Notes: generated from the letters alone by a model not told the origin. A DNA stretch of 64,000 bases from Gaiellaceae bacterium (GCA_036273155.1 DASUIG010000029.1:40283-104282), one strand, 5' to 3'; counted from the stretch's first letter, positions 37,129 through 45,328 are shown. Numbers and translations: made by a program.

Positions 37129-37526
37129 TCCGCTTCCTCGAGCGGCAGGACGATGCGCAGCATTCCGCGCTCGTACGTCGCGCTCGCGTTGGAGACGTCG
37201 ACGTCCTCGCCCAGCTCGAGCCGGCGGTGGAACGCGCCGTACTCGATCTCCATCTGCCGGTAGTGCGCGCCTTCGACCTTCGGGCGCTCGCGCCGGCCCG
37301 CGATCACGAGCGACCGTCCGGCGGCGGTCACGTGCACCGACTCCGCGTCGGCGCCCGGGAGCTCGACGGTCACGTGGAGCGCGGGTGGGTCGTCGGTGCG
37401 GAAGCAGTCGCACTGCGGGCGGAAGCGATGGCGCAGCCCGGAGAAGCGCGGCACCTGCCACAGCTCCGCGAACAGCTCCTGGACTTCGCTCCGACGATCG
37501 TCGACGTCGCGTGCTCGTCCGGTCAT
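37125..37526 (-). CDS. Hsp20/alpha-crystallin family small heat-shock protein
   Basis: Alpha-crystallin-like core 'LHVTVELPGADAESVHVTAAGRSLVIAGRR...GAFHRRLEL...ATYERGMLRIVLP'. Confidence 0.8.
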   Translation of the reverse strand: MTGRARDVDDRRSEVQELFAELWQVPRFSGLRHRFRPQCDCFRTDDPPALHVTVELPGADAESVHVTAAGRSLVIAGRRERPKVEGAHYRQMEIEYGAFHRRLELGEDVDVSNASATYERGMLRIVLPLEEAE

Positions 37527-38344
37527 CCTCCGCCGGGTACCCGTTCGCCCGCGCGAGCAAGCACCGAGGCCGCCATCCGCTTGGTGGCGTCGTCCACCAT
37601 CTCTCCGTCGACGAGCGACGCGCCCTCGCCCGCCGCGAGGATGCGACGCGCCCGTTCGAGCTCATCGGCCGTCGGCATGAAAGCCTCGTTCGCGGGCGCG
37701 ATCTGGTCGGGATGGACGACCCACTTGCCGTCGAAGCCGTGCCCGAGCGCGACGGCGGCGGCGCGCCGGAGGCCGTCGAGGTCGCGGAGATCCGCGTACG
37801 GGCCGTCTATCGCTTGCAACCCATATGCGTGCGCGGCGACGGAGATCCGTGCGAGGGCGTAGTCGAAGGTCCCCGACCCGATGGTGAGCACGGGGATGCC
37901 CATCGAGGCGGCGAAGTCGCCGGGCCCGAACACGAGCGCTTCGAGCGGCGCGCCGAGCGCCGCGATCCGCTCGGCCTCGACGAGACCGCGCGCGGACTCG
38001 ATCTGCACCTCGAGGCCGACGCCGTCCGGGAGCAGCTCGAGCACCTGTCGCACATCCTCGGCTGAGCCCGCTTTCGGCAGCACGACGACGTCGGGCCGCC
38101 GTGCGGCGACAGCCTCGAGGTCCTCGCGCCACCACTGCGTCCCGACGGCGTTGATCCGCACCGCGAGGGTTCCGAGCGCCGCGGCCTCGCCGAGCCTGCC
38201 GCGCGCAGCGTGCTTGTCGTCCGGTGCGACTCCGTCCTCGAGGTCGACGACCACCTCGTCCGCCGGCAGCCCGGCGGCCTTGGCGAGCATCTTCGCGCTC
38301 GAGGCCGGCACCGTCAGGCAGGAGCGCCGCGGCCGTGTTGCCAT
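37523..38344 (-). CDS. HpcH/HpaI aldolase / citrate-lyase beta (CitE)-like protein
   Basis: 'SCLTVPASSAKMLAKAAGLPADEVVVDLEDGV' and 'VVLPKAGSAEDV'. Confidence 0.82.
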   Translation of the reverse strand: MATRPRRSCLTVPASSAKMLAKAAGLPADEVVVDLEDGVAPDDKHAARGRLGEAAALGTLAVRINAVGTQWWREDLEAVAARRPDVVVLPKAGSAEDVRQVLELLPDGVGLEVQIESARGLVEAERIAALGAPLEALVFGPGDFAASMGIPVLTIGSGTFDYALARISVAAHAYGLQAIDGPYADLRDLDGLRRAAAVALGHGFDGKWVVHPDQIAPANEAFMPTADELERARRILAAGEGASLVDGEMVDDATKRMAASVLARAGERVPGGG

Positions 38345-38435
38345 GGCCGCAAACCTAACCGTTTCCTTGCACACCCGAAACGGACCCTTGACGGTGCATC
38401 CCTATCGTCGATGCCATGGAGACGAGGTTTTCGCG

Positions 38436-38504
38436 ATGCGCCTGATCGTCACCCTGACGGCGGCTCTGACCGTGCTCTTCCTCGTGCTTCCGGCCCACCC
38501 GTAA
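38436..38504 (+). CDS. Candidate 22-aa hydrophobic micro-ORF (MRLIVTLTAALTVLFLVLPAHP)
   Basis: GAGG Shine-Dalgarno 8 nt upstream. It encodes a single TM-like helix and lies in the largest intergenic region of the window. Confidence 0.35.
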   Translation: MRLIVTLTAALTVLFLVLPAHP

Positions 38505-38506
38505 TT

Positions 38507-38571
38507 CCGTTCGCATTGCGCCGCCGAGGGGGCCCTCCCTTCCTCCCGTACCTCTCGGCGGCAGCGAACGG
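38507..38571 (+). promoter_or_regulatory. Two-tier stem-loop in the rmlA 5' region
   Basis: CCGTTCGC/GCGAACGG (8 bp) enclosing GCCGCCGAG/CTCGGCGGC (9 bp), with a pyrimidine-rich loop of about 25 nt. Confidence 0.4.
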
Positions 38572-38595
38572 CCGGTGCACTAGCATCGCCGGAGC

Positions 38596-39333
38596 ATGAA
38601 GGGCGTCATCCTCGCCGGGGGCTCGGGCACGCGCTTGCATCCGCTGACGCGGATCACGAACAAGCACCTGCTGCCCCTGTACGACCGGCCGATGGTGACG
38701 TATGCGGTCGAGGCGCTCGTCGGCGCCGGCATCGACGAGGTGATGCTCGTCACGGGCGGGACGCACGCGGGCGAGTTCTTCCGGCTGCTCGGCAACGGGC
38801 ACGAGCACGGAATCGACCGCCTCTTCTACGCCTACCAGGAGCAGGCCGGCGGCATCGCGGAGGCGTTCGCCCTGGCCGAGCGCTTCGTCGCGCGCGACAA
38901 GGTCTGCGTCCTCCTCGCCGACAACGTGTTCGAGCACTCGCTCCGGCCGATCGTGGAGAACTTCTCGCGGCAGAGCGCCGGCGCGCGCATCGTGCTCTCG
39001 CACGTTGACGAGGACGAGCACCTGCGGCACCTCGGTGTCGCGCGCATGAACGGCGAGCGTGTGGAGGAGATCGTCGAGAAGCCCAAGACGCCGCCGAGCC
39101 GGTACGCAGTCACCGGCGCGTACTTCTACGACGCGCAGGTCTGGGAGATTCTCCCGACGCTGAAGCCGTCCGGTCGCGGCGAGCTCGATATCACGGACGT
39201 GAACAACTGGTACGTGACACGGGGGCTGATGGAAGCCGACGTCGCCGACGGCTTCTGGGGCGACGCGGGCGAGTCGATCGACGCGTACTACGAGGTGAAC
39301 GACTTCGTGCGCCGCGGCGGCGTCAACCGGTGA
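38596..39333 (+). CDS. rmlA: Glucose-1-phosphate thymidylyltransferase-like sugar nucleotidyltransferase (short form)
   Basis: 'MKGVILAGGSGTRLHPLTRITNKHLLPLYDRPMV'. Confidence 0.85.
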   Translation: MKGVILAGGSGTRLHPLTRITNKHLLPLYDRPMVTYAVEALVGAGIDEVMLVTGGTHAGEFFRLLGNGHEHGIDRLFYAYQEQAGGIAEAFALAERFVARDKVCVLLADNVFEHSLRPIVENFSRQSAGARIVLSHVDEDEHLRHLGVARMNGERVEEIVEKPKTPPSRYAVTGAYFYDAQVWEILPTLKPSGRGELDITDVNNWYVTRGLMEADVADGFWGDAGESIDAYYEVNDFVRRGGVNR

Positions 39334-39791
39334 TCGAGGGCCTGCGCCGCATCGAGCTCGTCCGGCACGAGGACGAGCGCGGCTGGTTCTCCGAGCTCGC
39401 ACGCGCGAGCGCGCTGCCGAAGCCGTTCCGGCAGGCCAACCTGTCCTACTCGCGCAAAGGCGTGATCCGCGGCCTGCACTTCCACGAGCGCGGTCAGGAC
39501 GACGTGTTCGTCTGCCTCTCCGGGACCGTGCGTGTCGTCGTCCTCGACCGCCGCTCCGGGGAGACGTTCACGGAGGACATCGGCGACGACAACCCCGTGG
39601 CCATCTACGTGCCGGGCATCCACGCGCACGGCTACGAGGCGCTCACCGATTCGCTCTTCACCTACCTCGTCACCGAGGAGTACGACCCCGCCTCGCCGGA
39701 TGAGCACGGCATTCCCTGGGACGACGAGCGCGTCCGCCATCTGTGGAGCACGTCATCGCCGGTCCTCTCGGCACGCGACGCGTCGTCGTAA
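39330..39791 (+). CDS. rmlC: dTDP-4-dehydrorhamnose 3,5-epimerase (short)
   Basis: 'DERGWFSE', 'NLSYSRKGVIRGLHFH' and 'VPGIHAHGYEAL'. Confidence 0.85.
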   Translation: MIEGLRRIELVRHEDERGWFSELARASALPKPFRQANLSYSRKGVIRGLHFHERGQDDVFVCLSGTVRVVVLDRRSGETFTEDIGDDNPVAIYVPGIHAHGYEALTDSLFTYLVTEEYDPASPDEHGIPWDDERVRHLWSTSSPVLSARDASS

Positions 39792-40558
39792 CCGGCGCCG
39801 GCGGCCAGCTCGGCGCGGCGCTCCTCGAGGAGCTCCCGGAAGCGCGCGGGTTGACGCGCGGGCAATGGGACGTGACGCTCCCGCCGTCCTTCGAAGCCGA
39901 ACTCGTGCTCCACGCTGCAGCGTGGACCGACGTCGATGGAGCGGAATCGGAGCCCCAGGAGGCGGCGGCCGTCAACGTGGGCGGAACGCAGCACGTCGCC
40001 GAGCTCGGCATCCCCTTCGTCTACTTCTCGACCGACTACGTCTTCGACGGCCGTAAGCGCGAGCCGTATGTCGAGTCCGACGGCCCCAACCCACTGTCCG
40101 TCTACGGCCGGACGAAGCTGCTCGGCGAGGCTGCGGCGGGTGAGGACGCGTGGATCGCGCGTTCGTCCTGGCTCTTCGGCTGGACCGGCCGCAACTTCGT
40201 CCGCACGATGCTTGCCCACGGCCGCGAGCGGGACGAGGTCGCCGTCGTCGACGACCAGCGCGGCTCGCCGACGTACGTCGGCCATCTCGCCGCCGCGACG
40301 CGTGAGCTGCTCGACAAGCCCTACGGCGTCTGGCATCTCGCCGCCGACGGCGACTGCACCTGGGCCGAGTTCGCGGAGGCGATCTTCGCCGAGGCGGGGA
40401 TCGACTGCCGCGTGCGCCGGATCTCGACCGCCGAGCTCGGACGCCCGGCGCCGCGGCCGGCGTACTCGGTGCTGCGCAGCGAGCGGCCGGGTGCGCCGCA
40501 GTTGCCGCACTGGCGCGAGGGGCTGCGCGAGTGCCTAGCCCGTCTTCTCCCAGACTGA
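39743..40558 (+). CDS. rmlD: dTDP-4-dehydrorhamnose reductase
   Basis: 'VVVTGAGGQLG', 'AAWTDVD' and 'YGRTK'. The only in-frame start (GTG at 39743) gives a 49-nt overlap with rmlC. Confidence 0.82.
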   Translation: MEHVIAGPLGTRRVVVTGAGGQLGAALLEELPEARGLTRGQWDVTLPPSFEAELVLHAAAWTDVDGAESEPQEAAAVNVGGTQHVAELGIPFVYFSTDYVFDGRKREPYVESDGPNPLSVYGRTKLLGEAAAGEDAWIARSSWLFGWTGRNFVRTMLAHGRERDEVAVVDDQRGSPTYVGHLAAATRELLDKPYGVWHLAADGDCTWAEFAEAIFAEAGIDCRVRRISTAELGRPAPRPAYSVLRSERPGAPQLPHWREGLRECLARLLPD

Positions 40559-41227
40559 GACGTGCTTCGTGCTCTCGGCGGTGAACGGCTCGCGCAGCCA
40601 GCCGCTCCAGCGTTCGCGCCGCCGCAAGCCGGCGATGCGCGCCATCAGGTCGAGCTCCGCGGGTGAGACCGCCCGGAAGGGGACCGATCGGCGCGTCCAG
40701 CCACCGTCGCGGAGGATGAAGTGATGAGAGACGAGCCGCTGCGTGTCGGCGGCGTACTCGTCCACACCGACGTGCGTCTCGCTGAGGTCGAAGACCTCCA
40801 GCGGCCGATGGCCTGCGACGCCGCCGACCTCGACGACGAAGCAGCCGCCGGTCACGAGGTGCCGGGCGGCGTTCTCGAAGCAGGCGACCTGCGCCTCCTG
40901 CGTCGTCAGGTTGTTGATCGAGTTGAAGACGATGTAGACGAGCGAGAACGTCCCGTCGACGCGCGTCGTCGTCATGTCGCCGATCTCCACCGGGATCTCG
41001 CCCGTCTTCGCCCGCAGCTTCGCGACCATATCCGGGGAGAGGTCGACGCCGGCGACGCGCACGCCGCGCGCCGCCAGCGGGACGGCGATGCGCCCCGTGC
41101 CGATCGCGAGCTCGAGCGCGCCGCCGCCGCCGAGCGGCGCGAGGAAGTCCACCACCGGCTCGACCGGCATGTGGGCCGTTCCCTCGTCGTAGTGCTCGGC
41201 GACGGCGCCTGCGAACCAGTCCTTCAT
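40535..41227 (-). CDS. Class I SAM-dependent methyltransferase
   Basis: Motif I 'ALELAIGTGRIAVPLA', 'GVDLSPDMV' and 'FSLVYIVFNS'. Confidence 0.85.
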   Translation of the reverse strand: MKDWFAGAVAEHYDEGTAHMPVEPVVDFLAPLGGGGALELAIGTGRIAVPLAARGVRVAGVDLSPDMVAKLRAKTGEIPVEIGDMTTTRVDGTFSLVYIVFNSINNLTTQEAQVACFENAARHLVTGGCFVVEVGGVAGHRPLEVFDLSETHVGVDEYAADTQRLVSHHFILRDGGWTRRSVPFRAVSPAELDLMARIAGLRRRERWSGWLREPFTAESTKHVSVWEKTG

Positions 41228-42045
41228 CCCGAGCGCTTCAGCTTTCCGTGCTTCTTCGCGTGCACCTCGCCGCGGTGGAAGATCGCCAGCCCGATCGGTG
41301 TCGCCGCGACCGCGATGATCAGCAGGGGCCACACGTCCGCCCACACGAGCCCGGTGCCGTCGACGATCGATGCGCGGTCGCCGCGGAGCGCGTACGTCGC
41401 CGGCGACAGCTTCGAGATCAGCTGCATCCAGTGCGGCATCACCGACACGGGGTAGTAGACGCCCGAGACGACGAGCATCAAACCCTGCGCGACGAAGCCG
41501 AGCTGCGCCCCCTTCTCGGGCGAGACGAGCGGCAGCACCGACGTCATCATCCCGATCCCGATGAACGAGAGCGACGCGATCGCGAGCAGGGCGAACGCGG
41601 CCCCGTAGTTCGCGTGCGGCATGTGGAGGCCGAGGAAGAGTGCGACGGCGAAGAAGAGGATCGTCGCGCGGATCAGTCCGTACAGCACCGCGAACGCTCC
41701 CTGCCCGCCCAGGTGCATGACGCGCGAGATCGGCGCCATGAACGTGTACTCGATCGTCCCTTCCCAGCGCTCCCACGCGACCGTTTCGGTCATGAACTCG
41801 AAGATGATCCCGAGGAACGCCCAGATCACGGCGCCGACGAGGAGCCGCGTCGCGAGCGTGTTCTCGGCCGCACGGGTCAGGTGGACGGACCGCGAGATGA
41901 ACACGATCGTGAGGGTGTTCGCGATCGTCCAGAACATGAACGCGACGTCCCACAGGAAGTAGCGCTTCGTGAGATAGACGTTGCGCTCGACGATGCCGCC
42001 GAGCCCGATCAGCTCGCTGCGCATCGTGGCTCCGATGGCACTCAT
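41224..42045 (-). CDS. ABC-2 type transporter permease
   Basis: Six predicted TM segments. ATGA overlaps on both sides. Confidence 0.85.
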   Translation of the reverse strand: MSAIGATMRSELIGLGGIVERNVYLTKRYFLWDVAFMFWTIANTLTIVFISRSVHLTRAAENTLATRLLVGAVIWAFLGIIFEFMTETVAWERWEGTIEYTFMAPISRVMHLGGQGAFAVLYGLIRATILFFAVALFLGLHMPHANYGAAFALLAIASLSFIGIGMMTSVLPLVSPEKGAQLGFVAQGLMLVVSGVYYPVSVMPHWMQLISKLSPATYALRGDRASIVDGTGLVWADVWPLLIIAVAATPIGLAIFHRGEVHAKKHGKLKRSG

Positions 42046-42914
42046 CCGAACACCTCCCTGTACTCGTCGTCCTCGTCGTGCTCTTCCTCGAACGTCCGGC
42101 CGGTTGCGGCGAAGAACGCCTCCTCGAGCGTCTCCACGCCGTACCGCCGCTTCACGTCCGCGACGGGCTCCAGGAAGAGGAGCTCGCCGCGGTCGAGCAG
42201 GCCGACGCGGTCGGCGAGCGCCTCCGCCTCCACCATGTCGTGCGTGCAGAGGAGGATCGTCGCGTCGTGGGTTTGCCGGACCTCGCGGACGAACTCCTGC
42301 ACCTCGAGCTTCGAGCGCGGGTCGAGGCCCGTCGTCGGCTCGTCGAGCAGCAGCAGGACCGGCGACGTCAGCAGGGCCCGCGCGAGCGCGACCTTCTGCT
42401 GCATGCCGCGGGACAGGCTCTGCATCGACTCGCCGCGCCGGTCCGGCGGGAAGCCGACCTTGGCGAGGATCTCCGGAACTGCCGTACGGGTCACCGACGG
42501 CGGCATGCCGTAGAAGCGCGCCGCGTACGACAGGTTCTCCTCGGCCGACATCTTCTTGAAGAAGCTCGCCTCGACCGAGACGCGGTTGACGAGCCGCCGG
42601 ATCGTGCGGGAGTCGCGGACGACGTCGTTCCCGAACACGCGGGCCGAGCCGCCGTCGTCGATGAGCAGGGTCGACAGCAGACGGACGAGGGTCGACTTGC
42701 CCGATCCGTTCTGGCCGAGGATGGCGACACATTCGCCGCGCGCGATCGTGAAGGTGACGTCCTTCAACGCAGGCATGCGTCGCCTGCGGCGCGAGAACAT
42801 CCCCGCGTCCTTCGCGCGTCGCCGGAAGACCTTCGTGAGGTGGTCGACCTCGACGGCAGGGACGTCCCGGCGGACGGACATGCTCAATGACTTCGGTGCT
42901 GCAAGGGCAGACAT
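42042..42914 (-). CDS. ABC transporter ATP-binding protein
   Basis: Walker A 'GQNGSGKST', signature 'LSRGMQQK' and Walker B 'LLLLDEPT'. Confidence 0.92.
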   Translation of the reverse strand: MSALAAPKSLSMSVRRDVPAVEVDHLTKVFRRRAKDAGMFSRRRRRMPALKDVTFTIARGECVAILGQNGSGKSTLVRLLSTLLIDDGGSARVFGNDVVRDSRTIRRLVNRVSVEASFFKKMSAEENLSYAARFYGMPPSVTRTAVPEILAKVGFPPDRRGESMQSLSRGMQQKVALARALLTSPVLLLLDEPTTGLDPRSKLEVQEFVREVRQTHDATILLCTHDMVEAEALADRVGLLDRGELLFLEPVADVKRRYGVETLEEAFFAATGRTFEEEHDEDDEYREVFG

Positions 42915-43067
42915 GGTGCTCCTTTGTGAAACGAAAAGGGAACGGAGAACGGGAGACCGCCGGGACGGCGGTGCGCGGACCTAACGGTGGCCGCGCGTGG
43001 CCGCCGGGCTGCCGAGGCAACCCGCCGGGACCGTGTTCATCACGTTCAGGAACAACATGGCCTGCGA

Positions 43068-43096
43068 ACGATAGGCGCTTAACCGCACAACGTCAA
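43068..43096 (-). promoter_or_regulatory. Sigma-70-like promoter TTGACG-17 nt-TATCGT for the ABC operon
   Basis: Minus strand: -35 TTGACG (43096-43091), a 17-nt spacer, and -10 TATCGT (43073-43068). This implies a leader of about 150 nt. Confidence 0.5.
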
Positions 43097-43098
43097 GT

Positions 43099-43242
43099 TC
43101 ACGCTGCGTGCAGCGGTTCGTCGTCGTCGCGATCGTCGTGCGCTTCGTCCGGCGGCGGCCGGCGGTCGTCGAGCCACGCGACGATCTCCGGCTCGCGCAG
43201 CAGCAGCTCGACGACGGTTCCCTCATCGCGTTCATTGCTCAT
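43099..43242 (-). CDS. Candidate 47-aa highly acidic micro-protein (MSNERDEGTVVELLLREPEIVAWLDDRRPPPDEAHDDRDDDEPLHAA)
   Basis: The ATG overlaps the upstream cupin stop (ATGA). Third codon positions are mostly G/C. It falls below the 60-aa cutoff of the ORF track. Confidence 0.4.
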   Translation of the reverse strand: MSNERDEGTVVELLLREPEIVAWLDDRRPPPDEAHDDRDDDEPLHAA

Positions 43243-43664
43243 GCGTCCTCCTCGAGGGTGTGGATGACGAACAGGTCGTGCCGGGATTGCGCCGTCAACT
43301 GGCGCAGGTCGGGGTACTCGACGACCTCGGGCGAGATGCGGATGCCCGCGACGACGTACCGAACCGCGTCGTCGGTCTCGTTGCGAATCTCGTGCGCGCC
43401 GGCGGGCCCTGTCGGGAAGTGGACGACCTCGCCCTCGTCGAGTCGGCGGTCGCCGTCGAGCGTCCGCAGCGTGGGCCGGCCGCGGAGCACGATCAGCAGC
43501 TCCTCGGAGCCGTGGTGGAAGTGGAAGATCATGAAGTTGCCGCGCGCGAGCTCGTACACCGTCGCGCCGAGCTGCGGACCGCTCGGCACGAGGCGCTTCG
43601 CCAGCCCGCCGCCGCCCGACCAGTCCTCGGCCTGCGGGCCCCAGTCGTCGTCCCAGATGTTCAT
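43239..43664 (-). CDS. Cupin-domain protein
   Basis: 'FMIFHFHHGSEELLIVLRG...VVHFPTGPAGAHEIRN'. The start at 43664 (MNIWDDDW) is preferred. Confidence 0.8.
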   Translation of the reverse strand: MNIWDDDWGPQAEDWSGGGGLAKRLVPSGPQLGATVYELARGNFMIFHFHHGSEELLIVLRGRPTLRTLDGDRRLDEGEVVHFPTGPAGAHEIRNETDDAVRYVVAGIRISPEVVEYPDLRQLTAQSRHDLFVIHTLEEDA

Positions 43665-43725
43665 GGCGAGAGCCTGGCAGATAAAGAGGACACCTTCTGT
43701 CATGTTTTTGTCGTACGGTCCGAAT

Positions 43726-44604
43726 ATGCGCGCGACCCGGCTCGTCTCGCTGCTGCTCCTGCTGCAGACCCGCGGGCAGCTGACCGCGGCCGACATCGCC
43801 GAGCGGCTCGAGGTGTCAGTCCGCACGGTGCATCGCGACGTCGAGTCCCTGGCGGCCGCCGGCGTGCCGGTGGAGGCGCTGCGCGGGCCGGCGGGCGGAT
43901 ACCGGCTCGCCGGCGGCTACCGCACGCGGCTGACGGGCCTGACCGGCGACGAGGCGGAGGCGCTCTTCGCGGCCGGCATGCCCGGGCCGGCGGCCGAGCT
44001 CGGCCTCGGCGGGGAGCTCGCCGCCGCCCGGCTGAAGCTGCTCGCAGCGCTCCCGTCCGGGCTGCAGGAGCGCGCGACCCGCGCGCAGCGCCTCTTCCAC
44101 CTGGACGCCCGCGGCTGGTTCCGCGCCGAGGACAGCGTTCCGCACCTGCCCGTGCTCGCCTCGGCCGTCTGGCGCGGCTGCCGCGTCAAGATCCGGTACC
44201 GCGAGGGCAACCGGGTCGTGCAGCGCACGATCGACCCGCTCGGGCTCGTGCTCAAGGCGGGAGCCTGGTACCTCGTCGCGCACCGGGTGGCCGGCATGCG
44301 CGTGTACCGCGTCTCGCGCGTCGCTTCGGTGCGCCCGCTCGAGGAGGCGTGCGAGCGGCCTGCCGCGTTCGAGCTCTCGGCGTACTGGCACGAGCGGTCG
44401 CGCGCGTTCGAGGACAGCCTGCCGCGCGTCGAGGTGACCGTTCGCGGGGCGAAGGGCGTCCGCACCATGACCTTCGAGAGCCTCGGGCACGCGCAGCGCG
44501 AGCTGTTGCGCTTCGGCGCAGGCGTCGAGGTGCTCGCGCCGGACGAGCTGCGGGCTCGGATCGCCGAGACGGCCCGCGAGGTCGCCGCGTTGTACGTTCC
44601 CTGA
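43726..44604 (+). CDS. YafY-family HTH-WYL-domain transcriptional regulator
   Basis: wHTH 'LTAADIAERLEVSVRTVHRDVESL' and WYL region 'DPLGLVLKAGAWYLVAH'. TACGGT lies 6 nt upstream of the ATG. Confidence 0.88.
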   Translation: MRATRLVSLLLLLQTRGQLTAADIAERLEVSVRTVHRDVESLAAAGVPVEALRGPAGGYRLAGGYRTRLTGLTGDEAEALFAAGMPGPAAELGLGGELAAARLKLLAALPSGLQERATRAQRLFHLDARGWFRAEDSVPHLPVLASAVWRGCRVKIRYREGNRVVQRTIDPLGLVLKAGAWYLVAHRVAGMRVYRVSRVASVRPLEEACERPAAFELSAYWHERSRAFEDSLPRVEVTVRGAKGVRTMTFESLGHAQRELLRFGAGVEVLAPDELRARIAETAREVAALYVP

Positions 44605-44605
44605 C

Positions 44606-45244
44606 GTGCCGTCGCTGTCGACGTACGCGGTGTTCCTCGCCACCGGCATGGCGCTCCTCGTCATCCCCGGGCCGGCCGTCCTCTACGTCGTCACGCGCAG
44701 CATCGAGATGGGCCGACAGGGTGGGCTCGCCTCCGCCGCCGGCATCACCACCGGGACGTTCGTCCACGTCGGGCTCGCCACTGCGGGCCTCTCGTCGCTC
44801 ATCATCGCCTCGCACGCCGCATTCGACGCGGTCAAGTACGTCGGCGGCGCCTATCTCATCTTCCTCGGCGTCCGCCGGTGGCTCACGAAGGCCGAGGACC
44901 GGGTGGAGGCGAACGGCCTGCCGCGGACACAGCGCCGTGCCTACACGCAGGGAATCGTCGTCAACCTCACCAATCCGAAGACGATCGTCTTCATCTTCGC
45001 GTTCATCCCGCAGTTCGTCGACTCGAACGCGCGGCACGTCTGGCTGCAGGTGCTCGTCCTCGGGCTCAGCTTCGCCTGCCTCGGCTTCCTCAGCGACAGC
45101 GCCTATGCGCTCGCCGCCGGCGCGGTGGCGGACCGGCTGCGCGGATCCCGCCGGATCGCGCGCTTCGAACGGTGGTTCGGCGGCTCGGTCCTCATCGGGC
45201 TCGGCATCGCCGCTGCAGCCTGGACGCCCAGCCGCTCCCGCTGA
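44606..45244 (+). CDS. LysE/RhtB-family amino-acid exporter
   Basis: 'LLVIPGPAVLYVVTRS', six TM helices. GTG start. Confidence 0.85.
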   Translation: MPSLSTYAVFLATGMALLVIPGPAVLYVVTRSIEMGRQGGLASAAGITTGTFVHVGLATAGLSSLIIASHAAFDAVKYVGGAYLIFLGVRRWLTKAEDRVEANGLPRTQRRAYTQGIVVNLTNPKTIVFIFAFIPQFVDSNARHVWLQVLVLGLSFACLGFLSDSAYALAAGAVADRLRGSRRIARFERWFGGSVLIGLGIAAAAWTPSRSR

Positions 45245-45295
45245 TACTGTTTTCGCAGGCGTTCGCCGAGGTCGGCGGCCGCCGAGGCAATGGAG

Positions 45296-45328
45296 CCTCA
45301 CGACTCGCGGAGTCGTGGGGCTTTTTTG
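45296..45328 (+). terminator. Canonical intrinsic terminator (11-bp stem plus T6)
   Basis: CCTCACGACTC-gcg-GAGTCGTGGGG followed by CTTTTTTGTT. It ends 22 nt before the glnII ATG. Confidence 0.8.

Noticed and set aside
34681-37665. Lon ORF extended to 994 aa by an N-terminal Arg/Ala-rich extension of about 180 aa.
   Set aside because: The extension overlaps the hsp20 gene in another frame and is low complexity. The conserved Lon N-terminus begins at the ATG at 37128, which forms an ATGA junction with hsp20.
38388-38408. TTGACG ... TATCGT, the same hexamers as the ABC-operon promoter, upstream of the micro-ORF.
   Set aside because: The spacer is only 9 nt, which is incompatible with a sigma-70 -35/-10 pair. 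It is probably coincidental.
42981-43235. 84-aa minus-strand ORF (MNAMREPSSSCCCASRR...) in the cupin-ABC spacer.
   Set aside because: It is Cys/Ser/Arg-rich low-complexity sequence, it runs through the predicted promoter, and it has no coupling to neighbours. The 47-aa acidic frame (43099-43242), with its ATGA junction and better GC3, is the more plausible coding frame.
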